Shown here one piece after another: positions 14,207 through 28,000 of a stretch of DNA of 64,000 nucleotides. Under the pieces are notes generated by a model. That model did not search any database and was not told where the DNA came from. It was given only the letters and a program-made list of their open reading frames with translations. Source of the DNA: Mobula birostris (lineage: Eukaryota); the NCBI RefSeq assembly GCF_030028105.1, contig NC_092400.1, forward strand, positions 20,274,001 through 20,338,000. The letters run 5' to 3'. The translations under genes were made by a program, and so were the position numbers. The first letter of the stretch is position 1, and each line of letters starts with the position of its first letter.

Positions 14207-15322
14207 TGGTAAATGCATTTAACTGTCATGTGGTGGAAAAGTATAGTGATTATACTCACATTTATACGGATGGTGCGAAGGAACCTGAAACAGGAGTGAC
14301 AGGGTTTGGGGTGGTTATACCAGCAAAAGAAATTGGAATCAGCAGAAGAACATCTGATAAGTTAGGGGTGTTTACAGTGGAGATGCTGGCAGTGTTGGTT
14401 GCGTTGCAATGGGTGCAGAAAGCCAGACAATTCAAAGCATTGATAAGCTCAGATTCATCCTCAGTTCTAGCAAGTTTAAGGTCTTTTCACACAAACAGTC
14501 GGCAAGATGTACTTTATGAAGTCCTTCAGTTAGTCGCAAGAATTGCAAATCAGGGAGGTCAGGTAAAATTTCAATGGGTTCCAGCACATGTAGGGGTGAA
14601 GGGGAATGAGAGGGTGGATGAGTTGGCAAAGAAGGCGTTAAAGAAAGAAAATATGGAAATGCACATTAGTATCAGTAAAGCAGAGGTTAAGTGTGTAATC
14701 TGGGGGAAAAAAATCAACCAAATGTGCAAGAAAGATGGGACAGGGAGGCATTTATATCAAATACAAAAAAGTGTTGCAGGTACTAGGGTAGGTAGTGGAA
14801 ACAGAAGAGAGAAAATTGTGTGGACTGGATTAAGGCTGGGACACTGTGCATTGAACAAAACATTGAAAATGATAGGGAAACACCAGACAGGAATGTGTGA
14901 GGAATGTCAGGAGGAGGAGTTAGTAGAACATGTAGTTCTGAGTTGCAGGAAGTATGGGATACAGAGAGAGATGATGAGAATTAAACTAAGGGAATTGGTG
15001 GTGCAGGAATTCACATTGAAAGGGTTGCTGGGTATGGGTGAGAGAGAGCACAGGTTAGGGTATTTTTAGCTTTCTTAAGGGTTACAGGGTTTTTTATAGG
15101 ATATGACGGATAAACCAGGAATAGGGTACTAGGATGGCCAAATATGGGAGGATAAAGTGTAGGTTAGGGTGTGTGTGTGTGTGCGTGTGTGTGTGAAGTA
15201 GATAGATAGATAGATATTGGGTGAGGGATTTAGAATGTACGTCTATTGCACACTCCGGAGCAGAAGGTGGCAGTAATGCACCATTAAACTGGGTGCCAAC
15301 CGCCGTAAAACGAGACAGACAG
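14207..15322 (+). mobile_element. I-clade (Nimb/I-like) LINE, 5'-truncated, with RNase H and CCHC domains; 15-bp TSD
   Basis: IYTDGA..E..SSDS..WVPAHVGVKGNERVD RNase H; CEEC..H....C knuckle; (GACA)n tail; TSD aatactgtacgggtt 14192-14206 / aatattgtacgggtt 15323-15337. Confidence 0.9.
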
Positions 15323-15944
15323 AATATTGTACGGGTTATCCACAATGACTTCACATTCAGTTCTTGCACAAGGTCTTCACTGTGAAACGTCGCCTCTTTC
15401 TCGCCCCACAGATACTGCCTGACCTGCTGTGTATTTGTTTTATATGTAATTCATTTTCATGGTTCCCCGGATCACTCTTACTGCTTGTAGAAAAGGGTAT
15501 TTACCTTTAACGCCCTAGCACCTCCGCAAATATTGTGCTTTTGGCAGATGTAGACCAGAGTTTTTGGAATAACCTTCGAAATCTTTAACTATATTTGTTG
15601 TTTAAGAACTAGGCCAGTGGCAAAACTGTATCAGTCTCCGCCATTCCCTTGGATTCATCAGCTGCAATGGAGAGGGGGAGCTTGCTGTATGGATAATAGT
15701 TCACTCTCCATATTGTACTGTTCTGGTTTGCGTATCACGTAGACAGTTGGGACGCAGCATCCATGGTCGACCCCGACCAACGCAAAGCCTCAAAGAACTA
15801 GGCTCCTACCAGAATGAAGATGGCACTTGAACTATGCAATTCCCTCTCGTTAACCACCCCTACTCTGACTGAGTCACTGGAGGCTGAAGTGGCCTTATTC
15901 GTCACAAGGATGCATTCTGTTGAAGTAACTCTGCATGGAATCTC

Positions 15945-16187
15945 TTCTTTTCTTTTCCAATCTTTTTACTAATATCAAAATGTTAAACATAACATAGTAT
16001 TAATACAAAGCTATTGGGATTACATTGTTAATAATTAGCATATATAAATATAAACTCAGTGAAAAAAGTTCACTCTTATTAAGGTTCAATTTATAACAAG
16101 AAAAATTACTAAACTGAGCCAACAAGGATAAAACTGCAGGAATGGATTTCTCAGGATTGGAAATATATAAGAAATCGTCTGCATATA
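15945..16187 (-). mobile_element. L1-type LINE mini-insertion (YADD RT fragment fused to 3'UTR), 18-bp TSD
   Basis: YADD..YISNP...FSNFSCYKLNLNKSEL; A-rich tail; TSD 15927-15944 / 16188-16205 with 2 mismatches. Confidence 0.75.
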
Positions 16188-16465
16188 AACTCTGCAAAGA
16201 ATCTCCCACTCAAAATATATATTCACACCTTCAAGAACAAAGATAGCAGAGATTCAATACAATTTCGAATAGCTACAATAACACTGTTTACTTCAATATT
16301 GAGAATGACAAATGGTTCCATTGTATTACATATTTACAGTGGAAACATTGAAATAAACTTAGGGTAGGATTAATGAAATGAGCAATGTTTGATTATTAGT
16401 CTGAAGGGCCTCTTTCCATGCTGTATTTCACAAAGATTCCCACAATCATCACATCCCCCCCAAAA

Positions 16466-17055
16466 CAGGGGTTTCCAATCTGGAGTCCATGGACCCCTCC
16501 GTTAATGATAGGGGTCCAAGGTATAAAAAAAAGCCCATAAGACATGGGAGCAGAATTAGGCCATTCAGCCAATTGAGGCTGCTCTGCCATTCCATCACGG
16601 CTGATCCTGGATTCCACTCAACCCCATATACCTGCCTTCTTGCCATATCCTTTGATGCTCTGACCGATCAGGAATCAATCAACTTCTGTCTTAAATATAC
16701 CCAGACTTGGCCTCCGCTGCAATCTGTGGCAGAGCATTCCACATATTCATTACTCTCTGGCTAAAAAAAATACTTATTTGCCTCTGTTCTAAAGGGCCGC
16801 CCCTCAATTTTGAGGCTGTGCCCTCTAGTTCTGGATACCCTCCACCATACGAAACATCCTCTCCACATCCACCCTACCTTCGGTAGGTTTCAATGAGATC
16901 CCCACACCCCGGCATTCTTCTAAGTTCCGGTGAGTACAGGCCCAAAGCTGCCTAATGCTCCTTATATGTTAAACCCTTCATTCCTGGAATTATCCTTGTG
17001 AACCTCCTCTGGACTCTTCCCAATCAGATATGAGCCCAAACTGTTGACCCCTGCT
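16466..17055. mobile_element. Short hAT-like MITE interrupted by a CR1 3' fragment (16537-17045, minus strand)
   Basis: CAGGGG end and similarity to 42936-43012 and 63300-63370; CR1 3' end cataagacatgggagcagaattaggccattcagcc. Confidence 0.7.
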
Positions 17056-18943
17056 CCAAAGGTTATTTGTACTTAACAGGCCTGTTATTAGTTACATTTC
17101 ATCGACTATCTGTGTTTACAGACCTCTCACCTTTTGCTGCATTCCCACAATGGAATGTGGTTGCTTTAGGAACAAACTTACAGCTCCTCTATACCCCGGA
17201 GCTATTTCGTTGATTACTTACCTGGAGTCACAGGTCAATTAAGTCTTTCCACCTGCACTGTCATGAATATTGCCACCAAGACTGTACAATTTGTGACCGT
17301 GTTATCTTCAGGAGAATATTCCAGTTAGTTATTATTTGTGCACCCATCTGGTCTGACCTGTTTAGTAGGGTAGGATCATTTGTTCTGCGGTAGCACACTT
17401 TATACCAGTTGCATCAACTTTCCAAGTACAATTAAAATATCTTCTAAACGTACTCCGTGATCCCAGAGTATGCTTCATTTAACCAAACCACAGATATCAT
17501 TGTCGGTAATGTGGGAGAAGAAAGGATAATATTGAGCTTATCCTCTGTAAACACAAAAGTTCATCACCATCCTCTCTGCTTCACAGTCATTGCTTTTCAG
17601 TAAGCACACAAACCTTCATGGTTAATGATACAAAATAAACTTTATTGATAGAACAGGGATGATAGACTGAAACAGACACTAAGACTGCTGTTCAGTTTTT
17701 AGTTCTACCTTTGAACGCCCGAGTTCAGAAGAACCATGCTGCTTTATAAATTATATTTTACCAACATTAAAACTATATCTCACAGATAAGGTGCTTCAAT
17801 CAAGCCAGGATTCAAGATAATTACGTGGAGTAGCTAACAATAGTCTTTAGTCATATGTAAACACTGTAAAAAACTTCTAATTAAAATATGCTTCAGCTTG
17901 TACCAAAATATGGAATTATGAATATTAATATCCCACAATTTTATAGTTGTAACATATCATTTCTCTCACTTTACACTTACACCATAAATTCAGGTGTTGC
18001 TTTGTGCTAATATTTGCAACATGAAGTCTGAAAACAGAGAATTACGCTTTTATTTCCATATAATACAAAAAAAATCAAAATCCATCTTTGCTATGAATGT
18101 ATCTGTTAACATAGTAACAAGAGAAGGAAATCATCTTCAGTCTTTTGCCCCATTCATTTACGTTAAGCATGGTCTGTACTTCAATTCCATTCTATGACCT
18201 TTGCTCCATATTCCAAACCAATCTGTTTAAAATCAGGTTTTATATTATCTTTAAGTTAGAACTAAATGTAAGAAACATCTGCTGATTATTTCAACATTAT
18301 ATAAACATTCGGTTGTAATCTTAATGTGATTAATTTTGTCCTCTTTTAAAGCTTTTGCTGTGCAGGCATAATGGGTACTTTGTGTGAGACATCATACATC
18401 ATACTGATCTCTGCTGAACCACATGACTGAAGCTACACATGGTGCAGTATTTGGCAGAAAGAATTTTGGAGCACACAAAATGAGATATATTAAGATAAAA
18501 ACCATCGCTGTTCACTGTACAACTTCTGACAGGTCTCATTTTACAACAGTTCGAAACAACATTTCAACATTCATAAAGTACCTGCAGAGATAAGCAATAA
18601 TTTAATGTGAAAATATAAAGATTCTCTACGAGTAAACAAACCTTTAAGTCCTGATCTTTTAAAACTGGTCTGTCACTCGTCATTCCAAACATCAGTGAAT
18701 GTTATTAGTATCATAAAAGGAAGGGCACTCAGCAGCGGGTAACTTACCAGCACATAATTATATCTAGTAGGTTCAACAATCACTTTCAAATACAAATTGA
18801 AAGATTTGAATTAATCTTCACACAATATAATAGTGCAAACAAGCTGAGTTCTCACACAAGGTTTTAAATTGTGTGGTATCAGGCATCTTTAGGAAGGCAC
18901 CTAATGTTTAACTGGGCCCAGATGCTTGGTTAGATCCAGGAAT

Positions 18944-19012
18944 TCAGTCAGCAGTCGCGCCTTGGAAAAACTGATGACTTGTGCTTGGTGCATCAAGCTC
19001 TTCATCTTGCTC
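18944..19012 (-). CDS. GPN3: GPN3 exon 8 (stop TGA)
   Basis: acceptor ttacag then [22 protein letters not shown]; acidic tail similar to vertebrate GPN3. Confidence 0.85.
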   Translation of the reverse strand, partial: EQDEELDAPSTSHQFFQGATAD

Positions 19013-22000
19013 CTGTAATGAAGGATTTGTGACTGAATTATGCAAGTAAACCCTGAAAAACTTCATTTTTTAGTCACTGAATGAGGCATTCTCTCATTAC
19101 TTGTTACATATTATCACAAGGATTTTTATTTGACATTCAATACCTTTTAGTTCTGAACTCTTAAGGAAAACAAAGCACAGTACAGGAAAGATCAGAGTCA
19201 GGATACTTGAAACAACAGTATTCAGTTACTGGTCTACACATAGATGATGAGAGGCATTGATCGCGTGAATAGTCAGAAGCTTTATCCCTGGGCTGAAATG
19301 GCTAACACAAGAGGGCAGTTTTACAGTGCTTGGAGGTAGGTACAGAGGAGATGTCAGGGTAAGTTTTTTTTAAATTAACGCAGACAGTGGAGTGTGTGTG
19401 GAATGGGCTGCTGGCGACGGTGGTGGAGGCGGATACAATAGGGTCTTTTAAGAGACCCCTGGATAGGTACATGGAGCTTAGAAAAATAGAGGGCTATGGG
19501 TATAGGTAATTTCTAAAGTAAGTACATGTTCAGCACAGCATTGTGGGCCGAAGGGCCTGTATTGTGCTGTGGGTTTTCTATGATTCTATCTCACTTTAAC
19601 AGCATCAGCATTTGAAAACTGCTGTCGTAAAAGAATGCATTTGAAAATCAATTGTGTTGTTCTCCCTTCTCCCCTGGAGGAAGTGGCTCATCCTGGAGCT
19701 TCACGGTTGTCAGAAACCCTGTGACAACAGATCTCTAAGAACTCATTCTTTTATGTGAAATTGTGTATTCTTTTCAGTTGTAGAAGGTAAAGCACAACCC
19801 TACCACTGTCTAACAAACAGCCTTGGCTTGAAAGGTACAGATTAGTTCACAAGTTAGCCAATCACAGTAAATGATTTTTTGATGTGGTTGCAAAGGTGGG
19901 TATTCACATTAATTGAGGAATGCAATATACTTGAACACCTAAGTTGTGTTATATACCAAGTCATTATGGAATGTCTGTGGCTCACGTTGACTAGGCTGAT
20001 GAAGACTGAGTGATGGGCAATAATAAAGGACTTCCAGTGTCACTATTAAAGGGGACTTGGCAAGCAGCGCCAATGAAAATCCATCATTCAAAATGCTGGA
20101 GGAATTCAGCAGGTCAGGCAGCATCTATGGAGGGGAATAAACAGTTGGTGTTTTGGGCTGAGTTCTTCATCAGGACTGGAAAGGAAGGGGGCAGAAGCCA
20201 GAAATAGGGTTTTTTTTTTTAGCATGTCGCACCAGACAGTCAGCCATTCTTGTCTGGTGTGTGGGGTCAGGATTGGTCTCCTTTCGGATTAACAGGGTCA
20301 CGATATGAACGTTCCTGACTTGACCCTTTTTTTTTTAAAAAAGCAAGGCCGAGTGGCTAGCTTGACGCTCAACCCAGCACGGATGGAAAGTATCCTCAGG
20401 GGGTGGCCCAACTTGGATTTGAACTTGCTCCGGAGTCCGGCGCTGATGCCACTGCACCACCAAAAAAGAGGTGAGGGAGTGAGAGTAGAAGCTGGCAGGT
20501 GAAAGCTAAAACCAGATGAGGGGAAGGAAGGTGTCTGGGGGTGGGGGGATAGGGAATGGTGAAGTACAGAAACTTTTGAGTTTATTAATGTCACTGGTGA
20601 AATCCCACACAGGAAAAGATTTGCACTCACCTTTGGTTCTTTGACTTCAAAGTCCTCTCCATACTGAATGGAAAAGTCGATGTGTTGCAAAACTATGCTA
20701 ATACATTCTTCATCTGAACGGTCAAATGGCAAAAAACGAACCATGCTGTAGTCATCAACCTACAGATATTTAATAAATATAACTAAAATGATTTTAATAT
20801 CAAATCCTCCAAATAGCTTATAAAATTCTGTATCTCCCAATTTTACTACAAATAACAGGATTAAGCCAATATTTATAACACTAAATATGCATACACAAAA
20901 ACAATTTGAAAAGACTGCTTTAGAAATGTTGGAGGTTCATTAGCACTTTTGAGAAATATTAGTTTAACAATCAAATCTGATTGTCAAAGTGTTTATATCA
21001 GAATATTCCCTAAATATGTGTCACATATTAAAGGCACCTATACAAAATACAGCATAATTTTAGCTAAATATCTACAGAAATAATGTTTTAAAGTTTAAAA
21101 CTTCCTAAATCATAAACTTTCCTATCAGTGTGTCAGTAGTAGTTTCAAAGAGTCAAAGTTCAAAGTATGTATACATTATATGACTATGAGATTCATTTCC
21201 TAACAGGCAGCCATGAAACAAAGAAACCCAAAAGAACCCATATAAAAAAACATTGTTGAACACCCAACGTGTGGAGAGAAAAAAAACATCATGCCGGTAC
21301 CAAAATAAAAGTACCCATTAAAAAAAACTATCGAACTCGGACCACAAAGACCACTCTGCTGGGATCATTACTAAAGCAGTGCGAATTCAGATGCTCTCTG
21401 CCCCATAAAATCAATGCTCATAATGATTATAAATTTGCATCCTTTGGATACCGTCCTTTCTGCCGGTAAAAAGTTTGTTTGCATTCTGTATCAAGCATTC
21501 CTAATTTTGAATATCAAATAACCTTTTAATTTTCTGCATGAATATTAAACTCCATACCCAATAACCTTTCATAAATGAATAGATTAAATAACTTGTGGAA
21601 AGACAGATGAATGTATATTGATATTTAATAACAACTGAATACTGGTATTGTTTCAAACAGAGTGAAATAGAGCATCCTATTAATCAGTCAAAAATACTTA
21701 CCAATCCACAAATTGCTTTGGTGAGTTTCTTAAATTTCTTGCTTTTCCAAATATCAGAGGAGTCCTGCATCAGTGAATACATATCAGGGTCCAAATACCT
21801 TCATGAAAGGAATTAGAAGGATGTATTATTGATATTGTCAGAGAACATTTTCTGTAAATAACACACAACTGTATTGATAGACAAATGTTTTGCAAAGTGG
21901 ATCTCCAAGTGTTACTTCCTGTTATGCTGATAACTCAGTATGATGGCACGAACACAATTTAACAGAGGAAATATGAGAAAGTTAACAGACTTTTAGGCAT

Positions 22001-25000
22001 TTTCTTTCCAAATGCCTTTATGCTGTCCAATAATAAGCTGCACAGTAAGACAAAATTGCAATCATCTCTATTAAAACAACATTCCAACATAATGAAGGGT
22101 GAATTTGCCTGTAAGCATTTAGTTATCAGAGCAAGTGACACTTGACCTTAAAGGAAAGGTGAAATGGCCAAGTAGTTCACTCTATAAAGGGAACACCATA
22201 AGAGACAGAAGCAGAGTTAGGCTGTTAGATACATGCGTTATGACCGAAGGAAGAAAAACGGCTGGTCTCGCTTACCACTTCGGTGCAAGGATGTTTATTA
22301 GGTGCGTCAAAAATCAAACTTACAAAAATTAGCAAAAATAGAGAAAAGAAAACTGCCAATATTTACAAAAAGTTATCTACCAGAAAACACAATAGTTCTG
22401 TACTTGTACTTGACCAGTGTGAACTGCTGGCAACCTTGAACTCTCCTACTAAGAGCGAAGAGGCCCGTTTATTATGCACCAGGACACACCATCTTTAAGA
22501 ACCAAAGTTAACTTAAGACTACACATGAATTAGAATATGATGCACCCCACAATGTAGTTACAATCATATTACAAAACAAACAGAAATATCTACCTGAAAT
22601 ACCATATTCAAACAACATATATCCATTTACACATCCCCACTACTAAAGAGATGAAACGTTGTGAAGAGTGTGGTGGGAAAGGCACCATTCAGCAAATCCA
22701 TTAAGAAAATATACCAGGGGAAGACACTGAAGCATGCACACTTGGTGCAACAACAGAATGACGGGGGGGGGGGGGTGTCTGTCTCCGTCACATAGGCCAC
22801 TTGGTCCATCGGGTAGGCTGGCAAAAAGGTAAAAATGTATATTCCAGGGACCAGAAAAAACCAACGGAAGGATGGAAACTGAGCATCTCAGTCCAGCCAA
22901 CACTGCTTGCATGACAAATGCCAACAAAATACCCCTATCCTGAGCTGCCTAATATTACTGTAGAAGCATGTAAACTAATATAAATTGTCTTACTACACTA
23001 ATGCATATGCCTATCAAGATGAAGGGGTAGTACTGCTAGGAGTGGCCCGCTGTACAACTAAATCTTGAACAATGTTTATTTCCAGTATATTGCTTTAAAC
23101 ACAGAAGTTTGAAGTAGGAATTTTACATACATTATGATTTTCCTTTTCTTTAGTAAATTTAAAATTCAATCCAGCAAGCCTTGAACATTTATTTGGAAGT
23201 TATATTGTGGATTTGCCTTACAGTTGGAAAAGAAAATTGCAGGCAAAGTAAGGTCAGTATTTACTGTCCATCTCCAGTTCCCAAATCATTTCAGAACTCA
23301 TGGGGTAAGGAAAGTCATTTCCTTCTCTTAAGGACATAAGTGATCCACTTATATTTTTATAATTAAAAGGTATCTTGAGGAGTTCTCACTTATTATTTTA
23401 ACCACGTCCTCTCTGAGCAGTTGTACCTTACTGACATCAGAACATCGAGGAGTACAGCACAGGAACAGGCCATTCAGCCCACAATGTTGTGCTGAACCTG
23501 CTAAAAAGCAAATCAAAAACACCCAAACGCTAATCTCATCATCTTCCTTATATCTATGTGACTACTCAAACATCTCTTAAAAGCCTCAAATGTATTTACC
23601 TCTACCACCATTCCAGGCAGCGCATTCCAGGCACCCACCACTCTGAGTAAAATAATTTACTCTTCATATCCCCTTTGAACCTACCCCCTCTCATCTACAA
23701 TGCATGCCCTCTGGTATTAGACATCTCAACCTTGGGAAACAGATATTCCCTATATACTCTATGCCTCTCAATCTTATAAACCTCTATCAGATCTCCCCTC
23801 AGCCTGCAACGCTCCAGAGAAAACAATCCAAGGTTGTATAGCCTCGAGATAGCACATGCCCTCTAAACCAGACAGGATCCTGATAAACCTCTTTTGCACC
23901 CTCTCCAAAGCCTCAACATCTTTCCTATAGTGGGGTGACCAGAACTGTGCACAATTCCCAGATGTGACCAAACCAGAGTTTTATAAAGCTGCAACACAAC
24001 CTCCTGACTTTTGAACTCAGTGCCTCAACTAATAAAAGTATTCCGTAAGTCTTCTTCACCACCTTATCAACCTGTGTAGCCACTTTCAAGGATCTGTGAA
24101 CTTGGATCCCAAGACCTCTATGGTCAGAAACACTGTTAAAGACCTTGCCCATAACAGTGTACTGTTTCCTCGTTTTGCCCTACTGAGGTGCAACACCTCA
24201 CATTATCGGAGTTAAACTCCATCTGCCATTCCTCAGCCCAAATCTGCAACTGGTCTGTATCATGCTGTATTCTTTGCCAGTCTTCTACACCATCCACAAC
24301 TCCACCAATCTTGACATCATTTGCAAATTTACTAACCCACCTTCCCACGTTTTCATCCAGCTCACTTATATACATTACAAACAGCAAAGGTCCCTATGGA
24401 AGTCCACTAATTACAGACCTCCAGCTTGAATAACTACCCTCTGTCTTCTATGCGCAAGCCAGCTCTCCCATCATTTTATGGCTACACCAACACATTCAGA
24501 AGCATCATCAAATCTTTTTCAAGTATGTACTGAACTGTTTCAGTTACGTCCATTTCTTTAGTTGTACGGCACTGGAAGAGTCCAGAGTATAGTTACTTCC
24601 GGGCCTTTTTTCAAGTCTCTGTACATGCTTAATATGAATTATACTTCAGATGGGGTTGACAGGTAGCAATCTTTGACGGTCTGTGGGCTTGAGTAAATAT
24701 TCCCAGTAGAAACTTCAGTGCAACCCCAGCATGGACGGTCCCAAGCCTGGGTGCGGAAAGAAGAGGACTGGGCTACAGAAAGTGCTACAGAAACGCCAAC
24801 AGAAGCTGTAAAGACCTCGAGGACTCTGGCAAGCTGCTGTTGGTAGCCTATGCCCCAGTCAGGGTGACAGGCTTAAGTAAGTAATTCATGTAAGAAACAC
24901 GAGAAAATCTGCAGACGCTGGAAATCCAAAGTGACACACACAAAATGCTGGAGGAACTCAGCGGGTCGGGTGTGAAATAAGGTTTCACTTACCTTTCAAT

Positions 25001-28000
25001 TTCTTTCTTTGCTTTCTTGTTAAGTAAGTCCATTTTTGTCATGACGTTGACCTGTGGAATTTCCAGAGAGACCATGGCGCTGAGAGCTGCCATTACTCCT
25101 GACACAAACTAAGAAAATTATGATATTACATATTTCATATTTTGCAGTGAAAGACAGAATTAAGCCATTCATATACAAATAATAAAACTCATACAGAATT
25201 TAAGTTTGTTGATGGAAAGATTTGGACTAAATATGCAATATAAAATCACAGATTTTATTTGTAATCTGTTGATTCTGATCATCTCAGCTGGTGCAAAACA
25301 TCTTTTGTGCTAATGGCCCCTATCAGGAGGGTGCATTACTGCCACCTACTGTTGTGGAGTATGAAAGGAGCCATGACAAGGATCAGATTGTGCCTCCCAA
25401 ACCTGTTTTATTTACAAAGTTCCCCAGGTCCCGACATGACTTAACTGTCTCTGCTTCAGGTGCCAGAATGTCTCGCAAACTAGGCACTCCCGTTCTGCCC
25501 AGTAGTCGTCTCAACAGCTTCCTACGTTCCAACGAGTATATGTGGCACACCGTGATCACATGTCCTTACAAAAATAAGACCACCTGTTCCCATGCTTACC
25601 AACAAACGCCACAGTGGAGTGCAAACCCAGACGTCCAAGCCAGTCTTGCTGACCACACACCCTTCCCAAAAGCACCCCCCCTCAAACTGATGGAAACAAA
25701 TTGTTATACCACCTCCCTGGTGCACCCCATCCCACAATTTCTGCCATTTCCCAATCCCAGCCAACCAAATACAAGATTTGGCTTCTTACTTTCCCATAGT
25801 GACTATAATATCTACCTCCGACTTTGTCAGCGCCTGCTCGGTTATAACATCTGCCCTTTCATTACCCGACACACCAACAGTCAGTAGGAAATGACCCCAA
25901 TGTTTTTAATCTAAAATGAGAAAAAATTCTTTGGTAATTGATCTCATGAAAAGCCCAGCCGAATTAACTCGTAGGGACCTGTATCAGACAAAACTATTGC
26001 TCTTTAGTCAAATAGCCAAACGGTATTCATCATCTAATCCTTAAATTAATTGTTCTCCACTTTGTCAAAAACTTTAAACTAAATGTAAACAAAGGAAAAT
26101 AAATCTGGGATCAAAGTATATTGCACTTTATTCTTTTACATGTCACTCACCTTAATAAAAATCTGCATATCTGATAATAAGGCAGTGGCATCAACCTCAA
26201 ATATTGAATTCCATAAAATGGAGGTGATTACCTTAAATGACTCCACCATAAATTGAGAATCAACAAGAAATACACCACAAACACGGAATTCCCACTGCTG
26301 TAACTGTTCGACAAGCTGCTTCATTATTGGCAGGTGTGTATATAGCTCAATCTGTCCTGTAAATAACAAATAAAGACACATTAGTGTAGACACCATTTGT
26401 AGATCCAGCAATCAAATCATAAAGGGCTCTGTTACAAAGTGAGTCTGGAAATGCAACTCCTGAGGGGTGCCTATTCACAGCCCCTATCACGATCAATTTA
26501 CAACAGAGGTGCTGCCTCCCCAACAGCCTCCAAATTGACTGGCATTATGGGCAATTCATTGAGTGACCTCTCCCAGGCCAACATCAAGGCTCTGATTATG
26601 CTCAGATGGGCAGGCCACATTAAACTGCAGACTTCCAAGCCCAAGATTAACTACTCCTCCAAGCTCCCACATCATTACCATTTCTCTGAGGACAGAGAAT
26701 ACACTTCAAAGGCTCCTTGAAGAAATATGACATCCTCACTGAATCACGGTAATTCCTGCACTGAGACTGTTCTGACCAACATAAGAGCATCGAAGGTCAT
26801 GTTTCTTCAAAAGTCGTAAGAGGGTGTGCAACAATTGAAATAACCAATACTTTCACACCATCAAAACATCTACCTTGTTATTCCTCTGTTTTGCAGAAGT
26901 CTTATGTAATTTATAGATTCTTACTTTATGTCTTTACACAAAACTGCAGCCAGAAAACAAATAAATTCACGTTACATGTCAATGAGAGTAAATCTGATTC
27001 TGCTGCTTTGGTGATGTCTGTTACCTCAGAACCCACGAAGCAAGTCAACCTTAATCTTGAAGCTCCACCCAAAGTAATCTCTAGACCATTGGAGAAGATA
27101 AATGTAACTTGCTGCCTACCTGGACAGTCGAATAGTATATAATCATCTTCCACGTGGCCAAGGCAATCTGCCAACCAATCAAAGTTGTTGGCAAAGTATT
27201 CCATGCAGAAAATGAGTCCACCGTTTGGGCCAAACCTTAACGTTTCATCCTCCATCACATCTTCCACTTGGATAAGCTCCCGGATATCTGCACCCATTAT
27301 CAGTAGAAAGATTAACGCACTGTGATATTTCAAGTTCAAAGAATTGCTATTTTAAAACTGAGCATTACATCAAAATAATGATTTCTAAACAAGCACAATT
27401 CAACGAATTGTATAAGAATGTTGAAAATAGAATTTTTAACAAACTAAGTTTTAATTTTCTTTCATAAAAACCAATCGTTATGACTATGAAATAAATGTCA
27501 TAGGATCAGAATTAAATATTTTAATTTGGACCTTTCAGGATTATTAAGAATATTGATAAAAATTGAGAGGGAATTTACTCAATATTAAAGGACCACAATG
27601 TCAAAATATTGAAGAAAGTCATTGGATTTTTCAATAGATATTGTCTTAGACTTGAGAGTAAATCACCACAAAATGAAATCTGAAGTATTAACCTATTTAA
27701 AGTTATTTGAAATAACGTACAACATATTTGAAATTTAAAGTATTAGGAAGGACCAGCTAAATTTCCCAGAAGGGAAAGGGATTGAGAGATATCAAGCTTA
27801 AGTGGAATTAAGGTTAACCTGTTTACTGGATACTGTGATAAGATTTCCTATTAAACATTATTCCAAAGACTTTCCTATTGCATAATATATTTTGATACAT
27901 TTCAATAGATTACTGTGAGTTTTTACTATTAAGGTATAATTGTTTGCATAAGACTGTCATGGATATTCACTGTCCAGTGGAAGCAGGGGTGTGGGGGCTT

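Noticed and set aside
13934-14212. 92-aa plus-strand ORF over the ARPC3 promoter
   Set aside because: GC-rich promoter artefact with no recognisable homology
25291-25887. 198-aa plus-strand ORF
   Set aside because: Antisense of an I-clade LINE fragment
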